Positions 37,805 to 47,587 of a stretch of DNA of 49,611 nucleotides are shown here, piece after piece; position 1 is the first letter of the stretch; each line of letters opens with the position of its first letter. The position numbers and the translations under genes were made by a program. The DNA is taken from the NCBI GenBank assembly GCA_009786825.1, contig WQRI01000004.1, positions 1 to 49,611 of the forward strand, read 5' to 3'. The notes under the pieces are model-generated. The model was not told the DNA's origin. It was given only the letters and a program-made list of their open reading frames with translations, and did no database searches. Source of the stretch: Bacillota bacterium (GTDB lineage Bacteria; Bacillota; Clostridia; Christensenellales; WQRI01).

Positions 37805-38191
37805 ATGAATTCAAAAGCGAAAGAAAAATTTTTACAGAAACGAAAAAAAGCACAAGATTTCTTAAATTTTATGGTGGTAGAGCGTGGCATCACGAGTGAA
37901 AAATTTTATGATAGTATGGACATTGTAAAAAGATTTTCGCTTGAACAAATTTCAAAAGCCCTAACTCATTATTGTTTTAGAAATGGTCCTGTCGAGAATA
38001 TGCACGCAGCCCCTAATAGTAAACTATCGGACGCAGATATGAAAACTTTAAATAAATTCTGTGTTGATAAAATTTTCACCTTTTTAACTATGATGAAAAA
38101 TAATAAAGTAGCGGAGTTAACCGAGATAATAGAGTTTGGTATTCAGTATGGCTCGAATTGGGATGAGCCTCAATACAGAGAGGGTGACTAG
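37805..38191 (+). CDS. Hypothetical protein
   Basis: AAGGTGGT RBS + ATG 37805; FRNGPVENMHA motif. Confidence 0.7.
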   Translation: MNSKAKEKFLQKRKKAQDFLNFMVVERGITSEKFYDSMDIVKRFSLEQISKALTHYCFRNGPVENMHAAPNSKLSDADMKTLNKFCVDKIFTFLTMMKNNKVAELTEIIEFGIQYGSNWDEPQYREGD

Positions 38192-38401
38192 CAAAATTAA
38201 TTGATTTGTAAAACTTTCATCTGACTTAAACAATACACGAAGAACTATGTATAAAAGCGAAATAATTATATTTCAAGCTGAAGAATTCAAAGGTTACACA
38301 GTCGTAACACTGCTAGGGATTAACAGCAATTACATAAATTATGTCTTAGTTTGATAACTAAAACACGCATATAATATAAAAAAACCATTTAAGGGGTACG
38401 C

Positions 38402-38671
38402 ATGAAAAGAAAAGATTTACCACAAATTTTATATGAATTAATCAAAGATATGGGCGGCTCAGGCAAGATGATGGATATTTTTAAAAAATTTTGGGAGCAA
38501 AATAAAAACGCTATAAGTGATAAGAGTGACTTGTTTTACACATGGAATTACGATATACGCTGGGCGGCAACCAAATTGCGAAGAGAAAAAAGAATGAAGC
38601 CTGCAAGCAGACAAGAAAACACGTATGGTTTAGACATGAGCTCAAGAGGCATTTGGGAGATCATTCAATAA
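38402..38671 (+). CDS. Stand-alone Mrr N-terminal-like wHTH protein
   Basis: IKDMGGSG, DIRWAATKLR...RGIWEI. Confidence 0.6.
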   Translation: MKRKDLPQILYELIKDMGGSGKMMDIFKKFWEQNKNAISDKSDLFYTWNYDIRWAATKLRREKRMKPASRQENTYGLDMSSRGIWEIIQ

Positions 38672-38858
38672 GTTTTAAAACAGCAGATATCAAAGCAGAA
38701 GTTAAATTTAAGGGATACGTTAAGGCAGAAATTTTAACTAGCTGTAGGTATTAACGCGTTTTCACAAGGGTCTTAGTATTAAAAGCAAAGGGTGCTGTTT
38801 TATGAATTCAGAAGCGAAGGAAAAGTTTTTAAACAATACAAGAATATAGGAAATAACT

Positions 38859-39860
38859 ATGTATAAAAGCGAAATAATTATATTTCAAACTGAAGATGGT
38901 CAAACAAAAATCGAAGTTGTTTTTGACGGCGACACAGTTTGGCTTACACAGGATAAAATAGCAGAACTTTTTCAAAAGAGCCGTAGCACAATAACAGAAC
39001 ACATAAATAATATCTTTGCGGATGGGGAATTAGAAGAAAGTGAAGTTAAGACTTCGGTCGGAAATCCCGACGGAAGTCTTAAACATAGACCTCCTAAATT
39101 ATTTAATTTGGATATGATTTTGGCGGTTGGTTATCGTGTAAAGTCTAACAGGGGCATACATTTTAGAAAGTGGGCAAGTTCTGTACTTAAAGAATATATG
39201 CGAAAGGGCTTTGCTATAAATGATGAACTTTTAAAAAATGCAGGTGGTGGTACATACTTTAAAGAGTTACTTAGCCGAATTAGAGACATTCGCTCTAGTG
39301 AAAAAGTTTTTTATAGGCAAGTACTAGACTTATTCGCAACAAGTGTTGACTACGATAGCAAAAGCGAGATAGCAATAGAGTTTTTCAAAAAGATGCAAAA
39401 CAAACTGCTGTTCGCGGTTAGTGAAAAAACAGCGGCGGAATTAATATCAAGTCGGGCAAATGCAGAACTACCCTTTATGGGACTCAAGGCATTTAAGGGA
39501 GATAAGCCTAAAAAGCACGAGGTTACAGTTTCTAAAAATTATTTGACCGAGTCGGAAATAGTTGATTTAAATTTGACAGTTTCTGCGTATTTGGATATAG
39601 CAGAAAGAAAAGCAATAAGGCAAGAGATTATGCATATGGCGGACTGGGCAAAAGAATTGGAAAGATTTATTGTATACCAAAAAATGCCAGTGTTAAAAGG
39701 TGCGGGCAAGGTAAGTCACGAAGATGCAACAGAAAAAGCAGAAACAGAATATGCAAAATACAAACAAAAAACGAAAGACGAATTAACTCAAGTGGAAAAA
39801 GATTTTCTAGAAACAATTCATAGAACTTATCAACTACTAGAAGGCAAAAAGCCTAAGTAG
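38859..39860 (+). CDS. rhuM: RhuM (virulence RhuM family) protein
   Basis: TVWLTQ..IAELFQ, NLDMILAVGYRVKS, IRDIRSSEKVFY, QNKL..AV...TAAE. Confidence 0.9.
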   Translation: MYKSEIIIFQTEDGQTKIEVVFDGDTVWLTQDKIAELFQKSRSTITEHINNIFADGELEESEVKTSVGNPDGSLKHRPPKLFNLDMILAVGYRVKSNRGIHFRKWASSVLKEYMRKGFAINDELLKNAGGGTYFKELLSRIRDIRSSEKVFYRQVLDLFATSVDYDSKSEIAIEFFKKMQNKLLFAVSEKTAAELISSRANAELPFMGLKAFKGDKPKKHEVTVSKNYLTESEIVDLNLTVSAYLDIAERKAIRQEIMHMADWAKELERFIVYQKMPVLKGAGKVSHEDATEKAETEYAKYKQKTKDELTQVEKDFLETIHRTYQLLEGKKPK

Positions 39861-39924
39861 TTGAAATTAGACTATAAAAGCATTAAAGGTATGAGAGCAG
39901 CAAATCTAGAATTTTCACGAGCAA

Positions 39925-40494
39925 ATGGCCTTTACGTATTTAAATTATATGGGTTGGACAGAAGAACAAAAAGATTCAATGAAAAAGTGGTGGCGTGCAG
40001 AGGGCGTCGAACGTGGGGTCTGGTTTGAAATTGAGCATCAAGCAGACGCTGATTTTTTGCTAGAAAAATTTATGCATTTGCACGATGCTTATTTAGTGCA
40101 TATTGACTATAATAATGCAATCTACGACAGGGAAGATTCGCATATAACATTGTGTTTTGATAGTTGTTGGATAGAGCCTATATTAGAATTAAGGTTTTCA
40201 GGGCTTGAAAGGCTTAATTTATCAGGGCAAAAGTTTGAACCATTCTACGATTGTTTTATATCAGTTAAAGAAGGTCCAAAAAATTCAATCCTTGGAAAGA
40301 GCATAGTCGAAAATAGAATTATATTTATAGAGAACAGCGAACTGTCAATTACAGAGACGCTTAATGACATAGCAAATACTAGTATATTCGTTGTAGCCAA
40401 TAGGCTGAAATGGCGCTTTATGGACAGTAAAGATGCTATATATTTAGGCGAAGAAAAAAAATTAGGAAAGAAAAAATCTTGGAAAAATGAGTAG
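39925..40494 (+). CDS. Hypothetical protein
   Basis: 189-aa ORF co-oriented within the islet. Confidence 0.65.
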   Translation: MAFTYLNYMGWTEEQKDSMKKWWRAEGVERGVWFEIEHQADADFLLEKFMHLHDAYLVHIDYNNAIYDREDSHITLCFDSCWIEPILELRFSGLERLNLSGQKFEPFYDCFISVKEGPKNSILGKSIVENRIIFIENSELSITETLNDIANTSIFVVANRLKWRFMDSKDAIYLGEEKKLGKKKSWKNE

Positions 40495-40520
40495 GTGCTA
40501 AAAAAACAATTTGGAGACTT

Positions 40521-41231
40521 ATGAATTTACAGCAGATTAAAGAAATTTTTGAGCAGAATGCAGATGAAGAGAGAGGCGAGCGAGACAAAAAGTATATGCG
40601 TAATTTGTTTTCGCACTATGGCGTGCGTGCGGGCGAGCGCGACAAGTTGTTTGCCGTATTGTTTTCTAAAGAGGCGTCACAGCAACCGATAGATTGGGGG
40701 TTTTTAACGGATTGTTGGAATGAGCCAATGCGCGAGTTTCAGTACATTGCCGTTTGGTATTTGCACACGCGAAAACAGCAACTAACAAAGGTAGACATTC
40801 CAAAAATTAAAAAACTCGCAAAGCAAAAACAATGGTGGGATACAATCGACGGGCTTTGCACGCTGCTTGGACACCTTAGCCAGCGCGACGAGAGTGTCAA
40901 ACAAATAATGTTAGAGTGGAGCAAAGACGAAGACTTTTGGATAAGGAGAATCGCAATACAACACCAACTATCGCTAAAAGCCAAAACCGACACCGAGTTA
41001 CTAGCCACAATTATAAAGAACAATCTCGGCGAAAAAGAGCGAAGCAGCCCATCAACTGACGGATTAAATAAAGAGCAAAACCAAGCCTTTTTCATAAATA
41101 AAGCAATCGGCTGGGCGCTTAGAGAATACGCCAAAACAAATCCAAACTGGGTTCGCCAATTCATAACCGCCAACCAAAACAATATGGCAAAACTAACCAT
41201 AAGAGAAGCAACCAAACACCTAAACAAGTAA
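40521..41231 (+). CDS. alkD: DNA alkylation repair protein (AlkD-like HEAT repeat)
   Basis: REFQY, WWDTID, FWIRRIAI, FFINKAIGWALREY. Confidence 0.88.
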   Translation: MNLQQIKEIFEQNADEERGERDKKYMRNLFSHYGVRAGERDKLFAVLFSKEASQQPIDWGFLTDCWNEPMREFQYIAVWYLHTRKQQLTKVDIPKIKKLAKQKQWWDTIDGLCTLLGHLSQRDESVKQIMLEWSKDEDFWIRRIAIQHQLSLKAKTDTELLATIIKNNLGEKERSSPSTDGLNKEQNQAFFINKAIGWALREYAKTNPNWVRQFITANQNNMAKLTIREATKHLNK

Positions 41232-41274
41232 AATCGATGTTGGTTAAAATCAAGAGCCTTTCAGGAGTATAATT

Positions 41275-41925
41275 ATGAAAAAAGGAAGAGTATATTTAGT
41301 TACAAATCCAGCATTCCCACATTTGTTTAAAATTGGGCGAACAAGTAAGGATAGTACAGAAAAGAGAGGCCTGACGGCTTCCAATGTACCGGAAGACTAC
41401 GAAATTGTTAGAGAATATGAATGCGCAGACCCTAAAAAAATAGAAGAATTATTTCATAAAACTTATGCAAATTTCAGACATCAAACTGCAACGGGTAGGC
41501 GTACAGAGTTTTTTTATATAGTTTGTTTAACTACAGCGGTTGAGTGGATGGATACGCTAAAGGGTTTGGGACTTGTAGATGTGACCGAAGAAGCGGTTGA
41601 GGAAGTGGAAGAGGAAGTAGAAAGTGATGCTAGATATGATGGGTCTGAGGGGAGGCGCGAAAGGTCAACATTTGAAATGTTGGATATACCTATTGGCGCG
41701 ATATTGACATTTACTAAAGACAAAAATGTTACGGTTAAAGTTGTTGAGGGAAATAAAATTATGTACAAAGGTGAGGTTTTATCTTTAACTGCTACTGCAA
41801 AAAAGCTTTTGAAAGAGAGGAAACTTTATGCTACTAATATAGCAGGAACAGCATATTTTAAGTATGAGGACGAAACTTTGCGAGCTAGACGGTTAAGAAT
41901 GGAAAACCACAAGCATCGCGGTTAA
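41275..41925 (+). CDS. GIY-YIG/T5orf172-family nuclease with C-terminal RAMA-like domain
   Basis: VYLVTNPAFPHLFKIGRT, EFF; C-terminal YKGEVLSLTA...G..YFKYE. Confidence 0.8.
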   Translation: MKKGRVYLVTNPAFPHLFKIGRTSKDSTEKRGLTASNVPEDYEIVREYECADPKKIEELFHKTYANFRHQTATGRRTEFFYIVCLTTAVEWMDTLKGLGLVDVTEEAVEEVEEEVESDARYDGSEGRRERSTFEMLDIPIGAILTFTKDKNVTVKVVEGNKIMYKGEVLSLTATAKKLLKERKLYATNIAGTAYFKYEDETLRARRLRMENHKHRG

Positions 41926-42152
41926 TATAGCGACTATAGAAAAAACCTTTGTGATAAATAAAAGGCTCTGTCAAATGTTGAGTTGTTGGTATTCTTTGGA
42001 TAGAAGTAGAGCGTTTGTGTATCCACCTATCCCCTAGGGGGTGGGTGGGATTTTTACCTTGGCGATTTATTGTTTTGGCTTTTTTTAATCTAGCTTACAC
42101 TTGTGTTCTTTGTTAAAAAATGATATAATGTTACCTAAGTGATAATTGGAGT

Positions 42153-43172
42153 ATGAAAATAATGAGTATCAAAAAAGAAAATCACTATGTCCCTGCATTT
42201 TATTTAAAAGGTTGGTGTAACGGTTTGTCCAAAAAAGGCAGTGTTTTTTGGTTGTATAAAGGTAAAGTTGAAAATAGAAATATTAGTAGCATAGCACGAA
42301 AAAAATATTTTTATAGTTTTGAGCCATTTGGGCAGGCAGAATATGAATTTTTATTTTATTCGCGCGATGCATATATTTTAAACAATAGTGCGAAAACTTT
42401 TGCAGGCGATTGGGTCGATTTTTGTAAATTATTAGCAAGATTCGATTCATTGAACGCTAGTCAACTAGAGCAGGCTAATGATTTAAGTATAACATTAACT
42501 GGTGAAAAGTTGCAAGAAAATAAGAAAACGGCTTATGCTAATTCAATTGAAAATTGGTATCAGAAAATAGAGTTAGAGGCAGCACCGATTATGTTAGATT
42601 TAAGAAAAGGCTATTTAAAAACTCTTAGAAGTAATAGTAAAATGGAATTTTTGTACAAGTATGTTTGGAGCCAATTTATGCGTACAAAGAAGGCAAAAGA
42701 TATGTACTTGCCAATTTTAAAGGATAATTATGCGAAAATAGTTTTAAAGGCTAAAGAAATAGGACACAATCCCGACAATAATATTAATATGGAGGCGGTG
42801 TATAAAGTAATGATACCAGTAGTAACACATAGTTTGATAAGTCATAATAAGAATAGAAATATTTATTTGCTTCAAAATTTAAATTATGGAGTTCAACCAC
42901 TTTTAACAAGTGATTCACCCGTTGTTATATATAAGAGTCAAAACACTATTGGAAAAGGTTTTGAGGGTCTGACAGGAAAAATATATTTTCCGATATCACC
43001 ACAATATGCTATTTTAATTGAAGAAAAAGGAGTAGTAAACCGAGTGTATAAATACAATAAGATAAACACGATGAGTGGAAGGGAGATATTCGAGTTTAAT
43101 AAAGCAATAGCTGAAACAAGACACGAACAATTATTTTCTAGCACAGAAGAATCTTTAAAAAGTTTTAAATAA
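42153..43172 (+). CDS. DUF4238 family protein
   Basis: HYVPAFYLKGW, QFMRT, LLTSDSPV, FPISPQY. Confidence 0.85.
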   Translation: MKIMSIKKENHYVPAFYLKGWCNGLSKKGSVFWLYKGKVENRNISSIARKKYFYSFEPFGQAEYEFLFYSRDAYILNNSAKTFAGDWVDFCKLLARFDSLNASQLEQANDLSITLTGEKLQENKKTAYANSIENWYQKIELEAAPIMLDLRKGYLKTLRSNSKMEFLYKYVWSQFMRTKKAKDMYLPILKDNYAKIVLKAKEIGHNPDNNINMEAVYKVMIPVVTHSLISHNKNRNIYLLQNLNYGVQPLLTSDSPVVIYKSQNTIGKGFEGLTGKIYFPISPQYAILIEEKGVVNRVYKYNKINTMSGREIFEFNKAIAETRHEQLFSSTEESLKSFK

Positions 43173-43466
43173 GAAAAGGATTCGATATAAATAAAAAAGG
43201 GCTGTAATAAAAGTATTGCTTAGTTACAGTCCTTTTTTGCTCATTTTGCAAAATTGCCTTTGCTATCCATTTATTGAGTTAGATAGCGGTAAGACTTTAT
43301 TTGTGTTAGTTGAATTGTTTTGAACACTATCCCCGCTGCCATTTACAAAATGTAATGCATTTCAAGGCGAGTGTTCAAACGCAATTCTGTGTGGCGGAGA
43401 GAGTGCTAGTATGTACGAACACTCTTTTGTTGCCATTTGACCACGTGGGTTCGTATGGCTATCACT

Positions 43467-43557
43467 TGGCGGAGCTGGAGGGATTCGAACCCTCGCGTGC
43501 TTTCACACCTACACCCTTAGCAGGGGTGCCTCTTCGACCAGACTTGAGTACAGCTCC
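43467..43557 (-). tRNA. tRNA-Ser(GCT)
   Basis: Reverse complement GGAGCTG...CACCC-CTGCTAA-GGGTG, long variable arm, GGTTCGAATCC, CAGCTCC-G-CCA. Confidence 0.95.
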
Positions 43558-43851
43558 GTATTTTTTTGTTAAGTTGATGTTTTTAAACTTGGTGGTTTGT
43601 GGGTTATTGTTTTGACTTGGCATTTATAGCCTATTTTTTTAGGTGAAGTGATTTGACTATAAAAAGTGTTGTTGTGTTAGCGGACAAGGCTTGTGTAAAG
43701 TTAACCTATATAAACTTAACTTATATAGTTTAGCAGAGTTTTTTTGAAAAGTCAACTAATTGATTGAATGTTTGTATTTTTTTTGGTGGATTTTAATAGA
43801 TTAGTGATATGAAAAAGGGTGTGGGGTTGTAGTAATTTGTGGGGTGGTATA

Positions 43852-44895
43852 ATGAGACGTAGTTTTTTTAGGGGTGTTGTTTGGGGTTTTGTTTTGATGT
43901 TTGGGGCTTTGGTTTTTTTGGTTGGGCTTGCGGGTTGTAGTGGTGAGCGACAGATTTTGGTTGTATCGCGCGAGAGTGGAAGCGGGACGCGAGATGCGTT
44001 TGATAGTTTTGTGCTTAGTAGTGTAGGGCTTACACAAACAGGGCTACAAACAAACAATACACAAACAAACAATACACAAACAAACAATACACAAACAAAC
44101 AATACACAAACAAACAATACACAGACAAACTATATACAAGCACGTGGCGAGCAAAGCAGTTTGGCTTTGCATTACAGGGCGCTTGTGCTTAATGGGACGG
44201 GGCTTGTGGTGGACAGGGTGGCGCGAAATGCTAATGCTATTGCGTATATGTCTAAAGCGCAGGTGGATAATTTGCGAATGCTTAGTATAGATGGGTTGAC
44301 ACCGGTGGACAGCGATTACAGTTTTCGCCGACCATTTAACGTTGTTGTGCCGAATAATTTAAGTGCTAACGCGCGCGACTTTTTGTTTTTTTTAAAGTCT
44401 GCCACCGCGACACAAATTATTTGCAGGGCGGGATATATTCCTACACTTAGCGGTTTGCCTTACGTGCCGCCTACGACCCCGCTATCTAAGCGCGATGTTG
44501 TTACAATTGTAGGCTCTAGTTCTGTAGAGCGGCTTATGGGCGTTTTGATATATAATTACAAAACGCTGTACAATAGGGCGCACCCCAAAAACCCTTTGGG
44601 CGCGCATAACTTTTATATTAACGCGATGGGAAGTTCTGCAGGGATTAAGGCTGTGAGCGGTGCTGTAGGTGGTGCTGTAGGCGGTGCTGTAAGTGGTGGG
44701 GCTAGTAATATTATAGGTGTTGCTAGCAGAAATTTGACTAGTGCGGAAGCCTCTAAAGCCACCAACTTTACGCTAGCGCTAGACACACTTGTTGTTGTAG
44801 TTAATGCAAATAATAAAGCGCTAGATAATATTACCACACTACAACTTTATAAAATTTTTACGGGGCGCATAAGATTTTTTAGCGAGATTGTTTAG
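43852..44895 (+). CDS. pstS: PstS-like phosphate-binding lipoprotein
   Basis: Lipobox LAGC, SRESGSGTRDAF, RPF, GSSSV, GSSAGI, GVASR. Confidence 0.8.
   Translation: MRRSFFRGVVWGFVLMFGALVFLVGLAGCSGERQILVVSRESGSGTRDAFDSFVLSSVGLTQTGLQTNNTQTNNTQTNNTQTNNTQTNNTQTNYIQARGEQSSLALHYRALVLNGTGLVVDRVARNANAIAYMSKAQVDNLRMLSIDGLTPVDSDYSFRRPFNVVVPNNLSANARDFLFFLKSATATQIICRAGYIPTLSGLPYVPPTTPLSKRDVVTIVGSSSVERLMGVLIYNYKTLYNRAHPKNPLGAHNFYINAMGSSAGIKAVSGAVGGAVGGAVSGGASNIIGVASRNLTSAEASKATNFTLALDTLVVVVNANNKALDNITTLQLYKIFTGRIRFFSEIV
44046..44135 (+). repeat. 15-bp coding tandem repeat ACAAACAAACAATAC x5 plus one degenerate copy (QTNNT)
   Basis: Read directly from the sequence. Confidence 0.95.
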
Positions 44896-44907
44896 GTTTT
44901 AGCGGTG

Positions 44908-45135
44908 TGTCACGGGGACGGTGTAATTGATGGCAAAAAGCAAGTTTTTGCCACCTTACAGGCACTTCGCTTCGTTTCGTGTCACTTACAGCCGTCCCCG
45001 AGACAAACAATTTGCTACTTTGAAAAGAGAAAAACAAAAAGCGGCTCGACTGTTAGCGCAGATAAGTGCGTTAGCACTCTTCAGCGAATTTCACTAAGTG
45101 CGTTAGCACTCGGTGGAAAATACAGCCAAGCCGCT
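44908..45135. repeat. Nested palindromic REP-like intergenic element
   Basis: CGGGGACGG...CCGTCCCCG arms; AAAGCGGCT...AGCCGCTTT enclosing two TAAGTGCGTTAGCACTC copies. Confidence 0.65.
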
Positions 45136-45239
45136 TTATTGAATTGTAGAACCGCATCGATTTGTTTACTATCGTAGACTGTTCAAAAGCAAAAGCATTT
45201 AATGGGTACAACAATTATTCATTATTCACTATTCATTAT

Positions 45240-45896
45240 TCATTTCGGCGTATCTATCTCGCGCCAATTTACGCGGTGGTAATAGTTGTCGTTATGCTGA
45301 TATCCGTATGCTGAGAGCAAGTATTTGTTAGACGTTGCAATTATTTGACCCTTCCTAAACAAGCCATACTCAAAAGCGGTAAAGTTGTAAAACCTGCCAG
45401 AAGTTAGCATATGAGAGCGAGATGTGTCGTCGTAGATAGACCTTAGTTGATGATTTCCAGCCCAGTAAAACCTGCCCACCTTTTTTCGAATGCACGCGTT
45501 AAACGTGGAAGTATCTAAAATTTTTACCCAACTGTAAGTGTTGCCGTTGTCTGATGTCTCAGACAATGTGTGCAGGGCAGTAATAGGCTTGAAGTTATCC
45601 CACCACGGACAAATGCCGTCCATAAGCCCCTGACCATTTATAGTTCGCATAAGCCTAGTGCTGAACAGCCTTGTGTTTGTGCTTCTAGACGTGGTAGAGC
45701 GGGCAGTTCTGTGCCTTGCATAAACCACATCGCCCGCCTTTACAGACTTTGGGTTGGCGATTCTTAAAAAAATGCCGTCTTCTTCGTTGCTGCTTCCGTT
45801 AGTGCCGATAGCCCCTATAAACAATTCTAAAATTGGCATTCTGTTTCTGTTAGGGCAGCAAAACACTACGCCAGATTGATTTACAATTTTACTCAA
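45240..45896 (-). CDS. Hypothetical protein
   Basis: 218-aa ORF, GAGGA RBS upstream of TTG. Confidence 0.6.
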   Translation of the reverse strand: MSKIVNQSGVVFCCPNRNRMPILELFIGAIGTNGSSNEEDGIFLRIANPKSVKAGDVVYARHRTARSTTSRSTNTRLFSTRLMRTINGQGLMDGICPWWDNFKPITALHTLSETSDNGNTYSWVKILDTSTFNACIRKKVGRFYWAGNHQLRSIYDDTSRSHMLTSGRFYNFTAFEYGLFRKGQIIATSNKYLLSAYGYQHNDNYYHRVNWREIDTPK

Positions 45897-45961
45897 AGTT
45901 ATGTCCTCACATTTTTTAAGTGGGTTGGCACTAAAGAAAAGATTTTCTAAGTAAAGCCCTT

Positions 45962-46342
45962 CTAAACAGTAGCACCAACCTGCACTTTAAAGCAGATAGT
46001 AATTGTTTGGTTAATATCAATTGTGTCTATGTTAAAACTTAATTCCTGACCATCTATGGTTGGGGTTTGCTGTGTGCCGTCTACTAAAAAACTATCTTCT
46101 ACGTAGGTTAGCCTTTGGTCTAGATTGTCGAACCACTTCAAATCTTCTAGCGGAATCTCGCTTTGGTTTTCTATTGTTGTACAGTAAGTAATTGTGCCGC
46201 CCACAACAAAATAAGGGCAACTTTGCGTTTTGGTTACGATAATAACGAGTTCTGTGGCTTCTACTTCGTTGCTTAAAACAACCATTTGGTCTTCACAAAT
46301 CTCAAAGTTTAAGCCAGATTGGTTTAGTATTGTCTCTGCCAT
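45962..46342 (-). CDS. DUF11-like Ig-fold protein
   Basis: VTKT...VVGGTITY...IEN, D.L...LTYVEDS..VDG; AGGAG RBS. Confidence 0.8.
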   Translation of the reverse strand: MAETILNQSGLNFEICEDQMVVLSNEVEATELVIIVTKTQSCPYFVVGGTITYCTTIENQSEIPLEDLKWFDNLDQRLTYVEDSFLVDGTQQTPTIDGQELSFNIDTIDINQTITICFKVQVGATV

Positions 46343-46425
46343 TTATTCTACTCCTAATGTTTTGTGTTGTTACTTTTTTAGCATATGCGGTGGCATAAAT
46401 TTATGTTACTGCATATTTTATTTAT

Positions 46426-46662
46426 GTGACAAAACCTATTACAAACAAAGCGGTTATAGAGTTTTATATTTGTGGCGAGCGTAATACAGTTGAGAGCAAC
46501 TGGGTTTTTGCGTACGAGAGTGGTAGCGTAGGCGAGTGGACAGACCATTGTAAAAAGCGCAAGCGCTTAAAAAATTGCAAAAGTCTGCGCAAAAATGTGC
46601 GCAAAAGTTGTTGTAGTAATTGTGCGGGCTTATTAAAATCTATTTGCTGTATTTTGTCATAG
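46426..46662 (+). CDS. Small Cys/Lys-rich protein
   Basis: ITNKAVI...VESN strand plus Cys-rich basic tail; start uncertain. Confidence 0.45.
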   Translation: MTKPITNKAVIEFYICGERNTVESNWVFAYESGSVGEWTDHCKKRKRLKNCKSLRKNVRKSCCSNCAGLLKSICCILS

Positions 46663-46761
46663 AAATTATTGCTAAGCGGGTGTAGTGTTAAGATTTGGTA
46701 AAGTTTTAAAAAAACAACCGTATATGGTTGCTTTTTTAAATTTTTGTGATAAAATAAAGTT

Positions 46762-47460
46762 ATGCAAAGATTAATTTATTTAGCGGAAGATGATGACACT
46801 ATTAGAGAACTTATCGTTTATGCGGCAAGCTCTGAGGGTTATGATATTAAGGCGTTTTCTAATGCAGACTTACTTTTACGTGAGTGTGAAAAACAAATGC
46901 CCGATTTAATATTGCTAGACATTATGATGCCCGGCACAGACGGCATAACTGCGCTTAAAAAAATAAGAGAGCGCGAGCAAGGCGGCGAGCCACACATAAT
47001 TTTACTAACGGCAAAAGTAACCGAGATAAACAGAATTAAGGGGCTTGATGCGGGCGCAGACGACTATATTACTAAGCCTTTTTCTGTGTTAGAACTTATG
47101 GCGCGCATACGGGCAAGCCTTCGCAAAAAGGATAAGTCTAGCGGTGTGGGTATAAAAAGCGGCAAACTAGAGGTTAATGATATTGTGCTTTGTCTAGACA
47201 CTAGAAGTGTTAGTGTTAGTGGTAGGCTTGTGCCGCTTACGCTAAAAGAGTTTGAGTTGCTAAAGTTTTTAATGCAAAGTGTTGGGGTTGTGGTAGAGCG
47301 CGAGGTTATATTTAAAAAGGTTTGGGGGGACGAGTATTTTGGCGAGACGCGCACAGTAGATATACATATGAAAAACCTAAGGGGGAAATTGGGCGAGGCG
47401 AGTAGTGCAATACAGTCTATAAGGGGTGTTGGGTATATATTGCTTCGCAATAATGAATAA
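46762..47460 (+). CDS. phoP: OmpR/PhoB-family response regulator
   Basis: AEDD, LLDIMMP, LLTAK, ADDYITKPF, ETRTVDIH; lies between pstS genes. Confidence 0.88.
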   Translation: MQRLIYLAEDDDTIRELIVYAASSEGYDIKAFSNADLLLRECEKQMPDLILLDIMMPGTDGITALKKIREREQGGEPHIILLTAKVTEINRIKGLDAGADDYITKPFSVLELMARIRASLRKKDKSSGVGIKSGKLEVNDIVLCLDTRSVSVSGRLVPLTLKEFELLKFLMQSVGVVVEREVIFKKVWGDEYFGETRTVDIHMKNLRGKLGEASSAIQSIRGVGYILLRNNE

Positions 47461-47587
47461 TTGTGAATTGTGAATGATTAATTTAGAATTATGAATTCAG
47501 AATTGTTACACCGCTTGCGCGGTAAAGATTTTTTGGGTGGGTGCAATAAAAGGTTTAGGCTAGTTTGAAAATATTAAAGGGTAGATT

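Noticed and set aside
43310-43615. 101-aa plus-strand ORF
   Set aside because: Antisense shadow of tRNA-Ser and the att scars
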